Below are positions 28,983 to 37,175 of a DNA stretch of 64,000 bases, piece by piece; the stretch's first letter is position 1, and every line of letters starts with the position of its first letter. The stretch covers positions 16,953-80,952 of the forward strand of contig JAKANQ010000002.1 in assembly GCA_021812365.1 (NCBI GenBank), in the 5' to 3' direction. The translations under genes were made by a program, and so were the position numbers. This DNA is from a bacterium (lineage in GTDB: Bacteria > Patescibacteriota > Minisyncoccia > UBA6257 > GWB1-50-10). The notes under the pieces are model-generated. The model saw only the letters and a list, made by a program, of their open reading frames with translations. It searched no databases and was not told the origin of the DNA.

Positions 28983-31496
28983 ATGCTTTACTTCCGCGAA
29001 CCACGCCTCCTTTTCACCTCTTTCGGTGAATTTATAGTGCGCCTTGTTTCATACTCGATGTATGCAATCCTCTCGCTAGGGGCGATATTTCTTGTTATTT
29101 CAAATACACCAGTCATGAGGCGCGTGGGGATTCTCGTGGCGCTCTTTCTTATTGATAGAGCCTTTCATGTGGGGAGGGGTGAGCGTTCAATCGCAGAACT
29201 CACTGGCGAAAAGAAGAATGTCGCATTGACGCTTACGGTGCCAGCATATCGAGTCATTAATCGGGCATATCGAAAAGCGCGAACCGTAGGTAAGAATTTT
29301 TACCTTATTCTTCTTCAAGAGTTGCTTGAACATAAGGATATAAAAGAGTCGTTAAAACGGCTCTCTGTCGACGTTCATGAGTTTGAGAAAAAAGTAGAGA
29401 GCGCTATTCAGATGGCGCCGGTGAATTCCCTTAAACGAGAAGATCTTTTACAGGTAATCGAATCATTGGTGGTTATTGCGTACGGGAATGCGCTTCATAC
29501 GGGTGAGCAGTATGTGCACACAAGAAATCTTTTCGTCGCGCTTTCCCTCGCGGCCGATCCCGCGGTCTCCCGTCTTTTCGAACTTTCCGAACTCTCATCT
29601 ACGAACCTGCAGGAGGCGGTTATTTTCGGACGGTGGAGAAAGACATTTTTCAGAACATTCGGCCTTCCTTCTGTCCTTGGAGGGTTCGTCCACCCCCCCA
29701 TCAGCTCAACTAAAAAGCGAATGAATCGTTCATGGACGTCTCGTCCTACGCCGATTCTTGATAGGTTTAGCACGGACCTCACCGATCTTGCGCGGGCAAA
29801 TCGAGTGGGATTTTTGATAGGGCACGAGAAGGAGTTCGAGACGCTTTTACAAGTTGTCGCCCGAGTTGGCAAACCAAATGCGTTGTTGGTGGGAGAGCCT
29901 GGAGCTGGCAAGAACTCGGTCATAGCGCATCTTGCATATCGGATGATAAACGATGACGTTCCTCCCGTGTTATTTGATAAGCGTCTCGTATCGATTGATG
30001 TGGGCGGACTTGTTTCTGATGTAACACCAGACGCGCTTGCGGGACGATTGAATGGTATTGTTGATGAGGTGTTGGCTGCGGGTAACATCGTGCTACACAT
30101 CCCTAACATGCACGACCTTTTTCGTACGGGGCAGGCGAAGGCGATGAACGCGATTGATATTCTTCTGCCGCTTATCGTAAGCCAAGGTATTCCGGTCATT
30201 GGGGAATCGTTTCCCCGTGAATTCAAGCAGTATATCGAGCCGCGCACCGATTTTTTGGATCAGTTTCAGGTCGTTCCCATAGAAGAGATATCAGAAGACG
30301 ATGCGGTAAAGTATCTCATTTATAGCTCGCTCATTCTTGAGAAACAATATGGCGTCTTCATCACGTTTCGCGCGATTGAAAAAGCGGTCAATCTCGCGCA
30401 TCGATATTTTCACGATAAGCTGCTGCCCGGAAGTGCCGAGGATCTTTTGAAACAAGCGATTACCGCGGCAACCACGAATAAAAAGAAGCTTGTTGAAGCG
30501 GATATGGTGGTGGCTATTGCGGAGCGGCAAAGCAAGGTCCCCATCGGACAGGCACGAGAGGTGGAGGCGGAAAAACTGTTGAATCTTGAAAGCATCATCC
30601 ATGAGCGGTTGGTGAATCAGGATGCGGCGGTGAGTTCTGTGTCGCGCGCGCTCCGCGAATATCGCAGCGGACTTGCTCGCAAAGGCGGACCTATTGCAAC
30701 CTTCCTTTTCGTGGGTCCGACCGGGGTTGGAAAAACTGAACTTGCGAAGATATTGACCGACATTCAGTTCGGTTCAAAAGATTTTATGCTTCGCTTCGAT
30801 ATGTCGGAGTATCAAGATAAACAGAGCATCTTTCAGCTTATCGGTACGCCTTCGGGTGAGAAATCAGGAACGCTTACTGATGGGGTGCTGAAGAATCCCT
30901 ATAGTCTTGTGTTGCTTGATGAGTTCGAAAAAGCGCATCCTGATATTCTCAACCTTTTTTTGCAGGTATTCGATGATGGGCGTCTCACTGATAGTATGGG
31001 GCACGTCGTTGATTTTCAGAATACAATCATCATCGCCACCTCAAACGCCAATTCAACCTTTATAAAGGAGGAGATAGAAAAAGGTTCGAAGGTTGAAGAT
31101 ATCGCCGTTGAATTGAAAAAGAAATTAACGGACTATTTCAAGCCTGAACTTATAAATCGTTTTTCTGATATCATTGTATTTCGCGATCTGAAGCCCGAGG
31201 AAATATACGCCGTTGCAAAGATTCTTGTGAAGGATGTGGTGGGCACTCTTCGAACGGCGCAGGGTATTGATCTTAGGGTTGACGACTCCGCCCTTAAGAA
31301 GATAGCCGAGCTTGGATTCAGTCCTGTGTTTGGCGCAAGGCCTTTGCGCCAAGTCATTTCCGAGAAGGTGAGGAGCACGCTTGCGGAAAAGATATTGCGC
31401 CGTGAGATTACGCGAGGTGTAGTGCTATCGCTTGTATACGCAAATGATCAGTTTGTGTGGTCAAATGTCGAAGATGAGGTAAATAAGGTACAATAG
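28983..31496 (+). CDS. ClpA/ClpC-like AAA+ ATPase with N-terminal TM segments and a degenerate first NBD
   Basis: NBD1 GEPGAGKN; NBD2 GPTGVGKTE, RFDMSEYQ, LLDEFEKAH, PELINR, GARPL. Confidence 0.88.
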   Translation: MLYFREPRLLFTSFGEFIVRLVSYSMYAILSLGAIFLVISNTPVMRRVGILVALFLIDRAFHVGRGERSIAELTGEKKNVALTLTVPAYRVINRAYRKARTVGKNFYLILLQELLEHKDIKESLKRLSVDVHEFEKKVESAIQMAPVNSLKREDLLQVIESLVVIAYGNALHTGEQYVHTRNLFVALSLAADPAVSRLFELSELSSTNLQEAVIFGRWRKTFFRTFGLPSVLGGFVHPPISSTKKRMNRSWTSRPTPILDRFSTDLTDLARANRVGFLIGHEKEFETLLQVVARVGKPNALLVGEPGAGKNSVIAHLAYRMINDDVPPVLFDKRLVSIDVGGLVSDVTPDALAGRLNGIVDEVLAAGNIVLHIPNMHDLFRTGQAKAMNAIDILLPLIVSQGIPVIGESFPREFKQYIEPRTDFLDQFQVVPIEEISEDDAVKYLIYSSLILEKQYGVFITFRAIEKAVNLAHRYFHDKLLPGSAEDLLKQAITAATTNKKKLVEADMVVAIAERQSKVPIGQAREVEAEKLLNLESIIHERLVNQDAAVSSVSRALREYRSGLARKGGPIATFLFVGPTGVGKTELAKILTDIQFGSKDFMLRFDMSEYQDKQSIFQLIGTPSGEKSGTLTDGVLKNPYSLVLLDEFEKAHPDILNLFLQVFDDGRLTDSMGHVVDFQNTIIIATSNANSTFIKEEIEKGSKVEDIAVELKKKLTDYFKPELINRFSDIIVFRDLKPEEIYAVAKILVKDVVGTLRTAQGIDLRVDDSALKKIAELGFSPVFGARPLRQVISEKVRSTLAEKILRREITRGVVLSLVYANDQFVWSNVEDEVNKVQ

Positions 31497-31506
31497 ATTA
31501 AGTTAT

Positions 31507-32070
31507 ATGATATCGACACCGCGCCCCCACACTAAAATAGACATTACTAAAAAGGAATTTTCCGCAGGAATCATCATTTTCAGGAGGACTAAAGAAGGTC
31601 CTAAGTTTTTGATACTGTATCACGGCGGGCCATACTGGAACTTCCCCAAGGGGAAGCTTGAGGGGGAGTCAAACTTTAAAGCGGCACTTCGTGAGGTACA
31701 GGAGGAGACCGGTATCGTGCAGGACGACCTCAGGTTCAAAAGCTGGTTCAAGGTACAGGACAAGTTTACCTACGTGCGCAACAAAGAGAAGATTGCCAAG
31801 GTGGTAACCTATTATCTTGCAGAAACCAAACAGAAAGAAGTAAAGATAAAGATAGTCCCTGATACGCACGAAGGTGAGCAGCATGAGGGATATGGATGGT
31901 TCTTATATCGTGACGCGGTCCGACTGCTTATCTCACCAACGCTGAAACAGAATCTCAAGAAGGCTTATCTCGCCATTACGCGAAAGAAGACGCCCCCCGC
32001 TCTTCGTATGAATCCGTCCCCGACAACCAATAACAAGATTCCTCAAGCAATAAAAAATCCGCTCATCTAG
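31507..32070 (+). CDS. NUDIX hydrolase (Ap4A hydrolase-like)
   Basis: Nudix box WNFPKGKLEGESNFKAALREVQEETG. Confidence 0.9.
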   Translation: MISTPRPHTKIDITKKEFSAGIIIFRRTKEGPKFLILYHGGPYWNFPKGKLEGESNFKAALREVQEETGIVQDDLRFKSWFKVQDKFTYVRNKEKIAKVVTYYLAETKQKEVKIKIVPDTHEGEQHEGYGWFLYRDAVRLLISPTLKQNLKKAYLAITRKKTPPALRMNPSPTTNNKIPQAIKNPLI

Positions 32071-32083
32071 AGCGGATTTTTTT
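32051..32083. terminator. Bidirectional intrinsic terminator
   Basis: AAAAAATCCGCTC-ATCTA-GAGCGGATTTTTT. Confidence 0.8.
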
Positions 32084-32086
32084 GTA

Positions 32087-32437
32087 TTATTTTATCTTTG
32101 CCGCCTCCACTATCTTTACGAATACTTTCGGTTCTGTTTTGGCGAGTTCTGCAAGGATCTTTCGGTCAATCTCTATCTTCTGTTTCTTCAGCGCGCCCAT
32201 AAGTACGCTGTAGCTTACTCCCTGCTTTCTTGCTGCCGCATTCACCTGGACCTGCCAAAGGGCTCGGAATTCACGTTTCTTCTCCTTCCTTCCTTTGAAC
32301 ATTCTGCTCTGCGCGTGAAGTAGCGCTTCTTTTGCCGCGCGCTCTTTTGTTTTTCTACCCCACTTATAACCCTTGGTGAGTTTTAAGGTCTTCTCTCTTT
32401 TTTTGTGGGCAATCGTACCTCTTTTTATGCGTGTCAT
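32087..32437 (-). CDS. rplT: 50S ribosomal protein L20
   Basis: MTRIKRG, KKREFRALWQVQVNAA, DRKILAELA. Confidence 0.97.
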   Translation of the reverse strand: MTRIKRGTIAHKKREKTLKLTKGYKWGRKTKERAAKEALLHAQSRMFKGRKEKKREFRALWQVQVNAAARKQGVSYSVLMGALKKQKIEIDRKILAELAKTEPKVFVKIVEAAKIK

Positions 32438-32440
32438 GTT

Positions 32441-32617
32441 TTAAAAATATTTCTTTATGAGCTCAGTCGAGTTTTCCAATCCGCGGCTGAGTTTCTTTCT
32501 CTTCATTTGCGAGGTCGACTTATTGACTCGCGAGTGTCCAAGCGCCATAGCGCGGCGGACCACCTTTCCCTTTTTGGTGATACGAATTCTTTTTGTGATA
32601 CTCTTTGGTGTTTTCAT
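32441..32617 (-). CDS. rpmI: 50S ribosomal protein L35
   Basis: Hand translation MKTPKSITKRIRITKKGKVVRRAMALGHSRVNKSTSQMKRKK...; lies between infC and rplT. Confidence 0.92.
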   Translation of the reverse strand: MKTPKSITKRIRITKKGKVVRRAMALGHSRVNKSTSQMKRKKLSRGLENSTELIKKYF

Positions 32618-32619
32618 AA

Positions 32620-33120
32620 TTATTTTTTTGCGATTTGAGTTATAAATCCTCTGCCGCCTTGTTTCGGGGGGAGTGTCACTTGGTGGGGGGTGATTATCAT
32701 TCCCAAAAACTCTTTCAGTTTTTGCAATCCCCAGTCCTTGTTTCCCTTCTCCCTTCCCTTAAGGAACAATCCTATTTCAACTTTGTGGCCTTCAGCAAGG
32801 AATTCCTCAACTTTCTTCACTTTCACAAGAAGGTCGTTTTGTCCGGCGCGGGGGGTGATGCGAACCTGCTTTAGCTCTTTTGTCTTTTGAGTGGAGCGCT
32901 TCTTCTTCTCCTCCTTTTCCTGCTGGTATCTAAACTTATCAAAACCTATGATTTTTGCAACTGGCGGCTTCGCCATTGGCGCGATTTCGATAAGGTCTAA
33001 CCCTCTTTCGTGAGCCGCTTCCAGCGCCTGACTAAGCGACATAACACCAAGATTTTCGCCGGAATCAGTCACTACACGAAGTTCCGATGCCTGTATTTGA
33101 TTGTTTACTCTATATTGTAT
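32620..33120 (-). CDS. infC: Translation initiation factor IF-3 (probable ATA start)
   Basis: NNQI, LDLIEIAPMAKPPVAKI, KFRYQ, FLKGRE. An in-frame ATG at 33147 is the alternative start. Confidence 0.93.
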   Translation of the reverse strand: MQYRVNNQIQASELRVVTDSGENLGVMSLSQALEAAHERGLDLIEIAPMAKPPVAKIIGFDKFRYQQEKEEKKKRSTQKTKELKQVRITPRAGQNDLLVKVKKVEEFLAEGHKVEIGLFLKGREKGNKDWGLQKLKEFLGMIITPHQVTLPPKQGGRGFITQIAKK

Positions 33121-33212
33121 GGGAGAATAATACCACAAGTTTCGCATTTGTAAAATGAGTTTGTCTTGGGTATCCGCAAAAAAGGAGCCCCGTAGGGCTC
33201 CATGGTCTTAGG

Positions 33213-33749
33213 TTAGCGCGCAGAAATGAGCGCCGCAACCTCTGTGTTTTTGATGAGTCCGCACTGTAGCGCGGCGATCACATCAAGCGGGGAGATGGCT
33301 CCAAGCGTAAGTGCTTCTCGTATCTCGATGAAAATGGGGAAGACGGTGCTGTCATTCACGCGGTCTCCGAGACCGTCGTGAAAGGCCTGCCCTTCTCTCG
33401 CGGTATCCGGAAAGCGGGCGCTGCGGCCCAGTGCGGTGCAGAGGATGTAGAATACCTCTCCTTCCTTGCGCTCGGGGTGTTCGAAACGTCTTCGTACTTG
33501 TTCCGATATCACCGACGGTTTTTCGACGGGCCTTGGCAGCTCTCCGTGAAGCGAGGCGTGCCAGGCCTCAAGCGCCTGACTCATCTCCTTTGTGGCTTTG
33601 GAGAAGTTTGGAATGTATGTATCCGCGATTTGCATCTCTTCCTTATTGCTTTTTGCTTTTTTCAGTAAGGCCGCCATTTCGGCAAAGATGCCTGCGGCAA
33701 TGAACTTTTGGTCCAACGCGCGAACAAAAAGATGCTGATTCATTCTCAT
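33213..33749 (-). CDS. Hypothetical protein
   Basis: SD GAGGAG, promoter TTGACT-17-TACAAT (33827-33799), downstream terminator 33178-33201. Confidence 0.7.
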   Translation of the reverse strand: MRMNQHLFVRALDQKFIAAGIFAEMAALLKKAKSNKEEMQIADTYIPNFSKATKEMSQALEAWHASLHGELPRPVEKPSVISEQVRRRFEHPERKEGEVFYILCTALGRSARFPDTAREGQAFHDGLGDRVNDSTVFPIFIEIREALTLGAISPLDVIAALQCGLIKNTEVAALISAR

Positions 33750-33862
33750 GACGAACTCCTCAAAAGGGAAGATTGTAAAAGAACAACTGAACAAAAAAAT
33801 TGTAACCTATTTTAGTGAAAAAGTCAACATAAGAAAACCCCGCCTTTCGGCGGGGAAGTGAT

Positions 33863-34174
33863 TTATTTTGAAAGTGCCCATTTTCCAGTGCTTTCGAGTT
33901 TGTACTTCGTTTCGCTTCCGTCTTGGTTGCGAACGACTGTGGTTTCTGGGAATCCCGTGAATTCACTGTGTTCCACACACACAATGTTCACGGCTTCGGG
34001 GTGGTCGGCCTGTATGGCGTGAAGGATTTTTTTACGATCCCTTTTTATCCATATGAGAAGGCATATCACCGCGATGAGTACGAAGACCCAGTCCACTGGG
34101 TTGAAGCCGTGAGGGGACAGCGCGAGGGTCTTTGCGAGGAGCTTGACCCAGTGCGCGAGCAGCATGAACATCAT
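33863..34174 (-). CDS. Hypothetical small membrane protein
   Basis: One TM helix; SD GGAG; promoter TTGACA-17-TACGCT (34250-34222); downstream hairpin 33835-33856. Confidence 0.7.
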   Translation of the reverse strand: MMFMLLAHWVKLLAKTLALSPHGFNPVDWVFVLIAVICLLIWIKRDRKKILHAIQADHPEAVNIVCVEHSEFTGFPETTVVRNQDGSETKYKLESTGKWALSK

Positions 34175-34276
34175 TCATCTCCGGATGGTTGATTGGCGGT
34201 CGCGCCAAAAGGTCTGTCTAAAGCGTACCATATAATACATATTTTGTCAATCAACCATCCTTTTTTCCTTCAAATG

Positions 34277-34303
34277 AAAACAACCCCGTTGTGGGGTTGT
34301 TTT
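34277..34303 (-). terminator. Intrinsic terminator, probably the displaced original ssrA terminator
   Basis: AAAACAACCCC-GTTGT-GGGGTTGTTTT directly abutting the GTGTGGA att core. Confidence 0.75.
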
Positions 34304-34408
34304 GTGTGGACATCGTTCAAAAATCTTGGAACCAGCTAGAGTGCTTTGTTTTTGAATGGGGCGAGGCAATCAGAAACTTAATGGGCCAAGAATTTATAAG
34401 CGTTAGTA

Positions 34409-34831
34409 TCACACAGCATTAGTAGAACCATCTACGGGCTCTACGTATTCTCGGGTGCCTCTACAGCGAGGAAAACGACTACAACCATAAAACCTACCCC
34501 GAGTACCATTGCGCAAAATCATAGGCGCGTTGCAATGCGGACACGTCATAGAATTACTCGTATTCCCTTCCTTGTTCGCAAATAGTCCGGCAATACCTTT
34601 AATTATTCCACCGATTAAACCAATTATTAAACTGACACCGAGGGCAATGAGAGGATCCGCCTTCACGGTGGTTCGGTTGTAAAGTCTATTGTATGCGGCG
34701 CGTTTTGGATTAGTGATCCAGCCGTACCCACGGGGTGCTTTAAGTCCCATAGAGTGTCTGACTACGCGCTTCCAGGAAGTTCTCGCCGCAATCCTCTTTT
34801 TTAACGATGGTGTTCTTATGCCGAATTTCAT
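34409..34831 (-). CDS. Mobile-element protein: basic N-terminal domain, TM helix and topoisomerase-type C4 zinc ribbon
   Basis: MKFGIRTPSLKKRIAARTS...AAYNRLYNRTT; CPHCNAPMILRNGTRGRFYGCSRFPRC. Confidence 0.8.
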   Translation of the reverse strand: MKFGIRTPSLKKRIAARTSWKRVVRHSMGLKAPRGYGWITNPKRAAYNRLYNRTTVKADPLIALGVSLIIGLIGGIIKGIAGLFANKEGNTSNSMTCPHCNAPMILRNGTRGRFYGCSRFPRCRGTREYVEPVDGSTNAV

Positions 34832-34893
34832 TTTATTAATAAATCATAATTCTTTGCTTAAAAGAGGGAAAGGGTTTTCTGTCCTTTTTATTC

Positions 34894-34925
34894 AAAAAAC
34901 CGACCAGCGTGATTGGTCGGTTTTT
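34894..34925 (-). terminator. Intrinsic terminator
   Basis: AAAAAACCGACCA-GCGTGAT-TGGTCGGTTTTT. Confidence 0.75.
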
Positions 34926-34940
34926 CAGCCTACTTGCCCC

Positions 34941-35297
34941 CTAAGACTGCCAGGGGGAGTTAACTTCTACGGGATAAACGTTCGGGAACCTATCTCCAAC
35001 CTTTGGGTTCCATTTGTCTCCCAGGTGGCGCTCTACGCCATCCAGATGGATTGCTGGAACGGCTGCCCACGTTGCGAAAAGGCCAAGGCCCTTATACGCA
35101 AGAATTTCTGGGTCCTGGTTGTGGTTGGAGAGCCTGTCTCCTATAACTCCCTGTCCAACCCTTACCACCGCTGGATTTGCTCCGCCGTGCCATATAATAT
35201 AAACGCCGCTTAGATTATCGAAATACGAACTTTCGAAATTTAAAGAAGCTAATTCATACCAATGGTCGGGGTGTTTAGCCCACTGCAGTTTTAACAC
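34941..35297 (-). CDS. Small GIY-YIG-like domain protein
   Basis: GVYIIW...VVRVGQG...RLSNH...VE pattern. Start uncertain (GTG 35297, ATG 35354 or ATG 35396). Confidence 0.6.
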   Translation of the reverse strand: MLKLQWAKHPDHWYELASLNFESSYFDNLSGVYIIWHGGANPAVVRVGQGVIGDRLSNHNQDPEILAYKGLGLFATWAAVPAIHLDGVERHLGDKWNPKVGDRFPNVYPVEVNSPWQS

Positions 35298-35582
35298 TAT
35301 CTGCTTGTTAAGAGGGGGGTGTCGTGGTATGCTTAAACTGTTAGATTTGAGCATTTGGCCTGTATCGACCCGGAAAATCACGCTTTCCGAAGCCATTTTC
35401 CACTAAAAACATCCTTTCCCGGGTGTTTTTTAGTAGCACGTTGGTTATTAACACCTCCCTATTGTGCTACGGGGGTCAGAGGTATATAATACTATTAACC
35501 CTTAACGTTAATTATATCACGTTTATGAGTTGAAAACAAGCAATGTGTGGACTATGCTGGTCGAGTAGTCCACAACAAAGAA

Positions 35583-35915
35583 ATGATAGTATCTTTCGAA
35601 AAAAAGAAATTAGCTGACCAGCTTGGCAATCCGCGCACTTGTATTCAAAGCTACGGAGTAGCTATGCAAAAAATGATCCATAGGAGGCTAAACGAACTAT
35701 CTGCCGCCCCCTGCCTGGAAACGATGCGCGGCATAGGAGATTGCCACGAATTGCACGGCGTATCAAAAGGACTTTTGGCGATTGATTTAATCGGTAAGCA
35801 GCGAATGGTATTTAGGCCTGCGGCCCCATCGAGCTCATATACAGAAAATAACTGTATTGCCTGGGCGAAGATAGATGATGTGATTATCGTCGGCGTGGGA
35901 GATTACCATAAATAA
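35583..35915 (+). CDS. HigB-like (RelE/ParE superfamily) toxin
   Basis: RRLNEL, CHELHG, AIDL, RMVF, C-terminal DYH; lies upstream of the antitoxin. Confidence 0.82.
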   Translation: MIVSFEKKKLADQLGNPRTCIQSYGVAMQKMIHRRLNELSAAPCLETMRGIGDCHELHGVSKGLLAIDLIGKQRMVFRPAAPSSSYTENNCIAWAKIDDVIIVGVGDYHK

Positions 35916-35919
35916 AAAG

Positions 35920-37032
35920 ATGAATAAAAACGATTTAATATTTAAGCCTTCTGTTGCCATCGCGCCAGGAGAAACACTTTTCGAATTGATAAATTCACTA
36001 GGCATTACGCAGGCAGAGCTTTCTCGACGAATGAATAGGCCGTTGAAAGTTGTCAACGAAATAATTAAGGGCAAATCAGCAATTACCCCAGAAACCGCGC
36101 TACAACTTGAGCAGGTTTTGGGTAAGCCCGCTTCGTTTTGGAATAATTTGGAAGCAACCTATCAAGGGCTTCGTGCGCGCGAATATTTGCGAGAGCAGCT
36201 GTCTTCGTTGGTTAATGAAGCAGAAAAATTTCCGTATACAGAAATGGCTGGGCTAAATTGGGTGCCAAGGGCAAGCGACGAAATCGACAGGGTCCACAAT
36301 TTGCTAAGTTTCTTCTCCGTAACTTCGTTCGATAACATTGTAGAAAAAGCTGCTCTAAAAGCTGCTTTTGATGTTTCAACTAAGCACAAAAAAGATAAGC
36401 CGGCCATATACGCCTGGTTGAGGCAGGGCGTTAGACAAATTGAAGGATTTCAGACTAAGGATTTTGATAGAAGCAAACTAATAAGCACACTTCCAGAAAT
36501 TAAAGGCTTAACAAAACTTTCGCCCGAGGAATTTATACCAAAATTGACGAGTATTTTGTCTGATTGTGGGGTTGCCTTTGTTGTTGTTAAGAGCATAACA
36601 AATGCTCCGGTTTTTGGTTCTACCAGATGGCTTGCTTCGAATAGAGCGCTAATACAGCTGAGCATTAGACTGCGCTGGGCAGATCGCTTTTGGTTTTCTT
36701 TGTTCCACGAGCTTGGACATATTCTTTATGGAAACAAGAAGGATTTTAATGTCGATTTTCTTGAAAATAACCCGGATGGAGATATTGAGGAAAAGGCTAA
36801 TTCTTTTGCCAGAGATGCACTTGTTAGCCCTGAAGATTATTTGAAAATAGTTAGCGTAATCGCCCCTAGAATTAGAGCAAAACAACCTGTTTATCCACTA
36901 GTCAATTCATTTGCGCAGACGCTAAATATACATCCAGGAATAATTGTTGGAAGGTTGCAGCACGATGGAATTTTCCCTCCTACTTTTAATAAATTAAGGG
37001 ACCGTCTCGAATGGAAAGGGGGCGAAAATTAA
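35920..37032 (+). CDS. HigA-family XRE HTH antitoxin fused to an ImmA/IrrE-type HExxH metallopeptidase
   Basis: PGETL...ITQAELSRRM...NEIIKGKSAITPETALQLE...FWNNLE; FWFSLFHELGH; EEKANSFA. Confidence 0.9.
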   Translation: MNKNDLIFKPSVAIAPGETLFELINSLGITQAELSRRMNRPLKVVNEIIKGKSAITPETALQLEQVLGKPASFWNNLEATYQGLRAREYLREQLSSLVNEAEKFPYTEMAGLNWVPRASDEIDRVHNLLSFFSVTSFDNIVEKAALKAAFDVSTKHKKDKPAIYAWLRQGVRQIEGFQTKDFDRSKLISTLPEIKGLTKLSPEEFIPKLTSILSDCGVAFVVVKSITNAPVFGSTRWLASNRALIQLSIRLRWADRFWFSLFHELGHILYGNKKDFNVDFLENNPDGDIEEKANSFARDALVSPEDYLKIVSVIAPRIRAKQPVYPLVNSFAQTLNIHPGIIVGRLQHDGIFPPTFNKLRDRLEWKGGEN

Positions 37033-37175
37033 ATTAGGTTATTAGGTTTTTAAACCTAATTCGGTTATCCGGTTAAATAACAGGATTTTTCAGTTGGGTT
37101 ATTGGCTTTTTAAAGCCAAAATGGATTTTTGGATTAAATAATCCAATTTCGGTTATTTTGGTTTTTTTAACCTAA
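37033..37175. repeat. Array of five degenerate ~26-29-nt units, each holding an 18-bp palindrome
   Basis: TTAGGTTTTTAAACCTAA, TCCGGTTAAATAACAGGA, TTGGCTTTTTAAAGCCAA, TTGGATTAAATAATCCAA and TTGGTTTTTTTAACCTAA, mostly preceded by GGTTA. Confidence 0.75.

Noticed and set aside
29495-30247. Long antisense ORFs (also 16847-17431, 26819-27529, 47812-48468, 57096-57773)
   Set aside because: Shadow frames opposite well-supported genes, with no recognisable motifs.
37033-37175. CRISPR array
   Set aside because: Units are degenerate, have no unique spacers of typical length, and there are no cas genes in the window; kept as an unexplained repeat.
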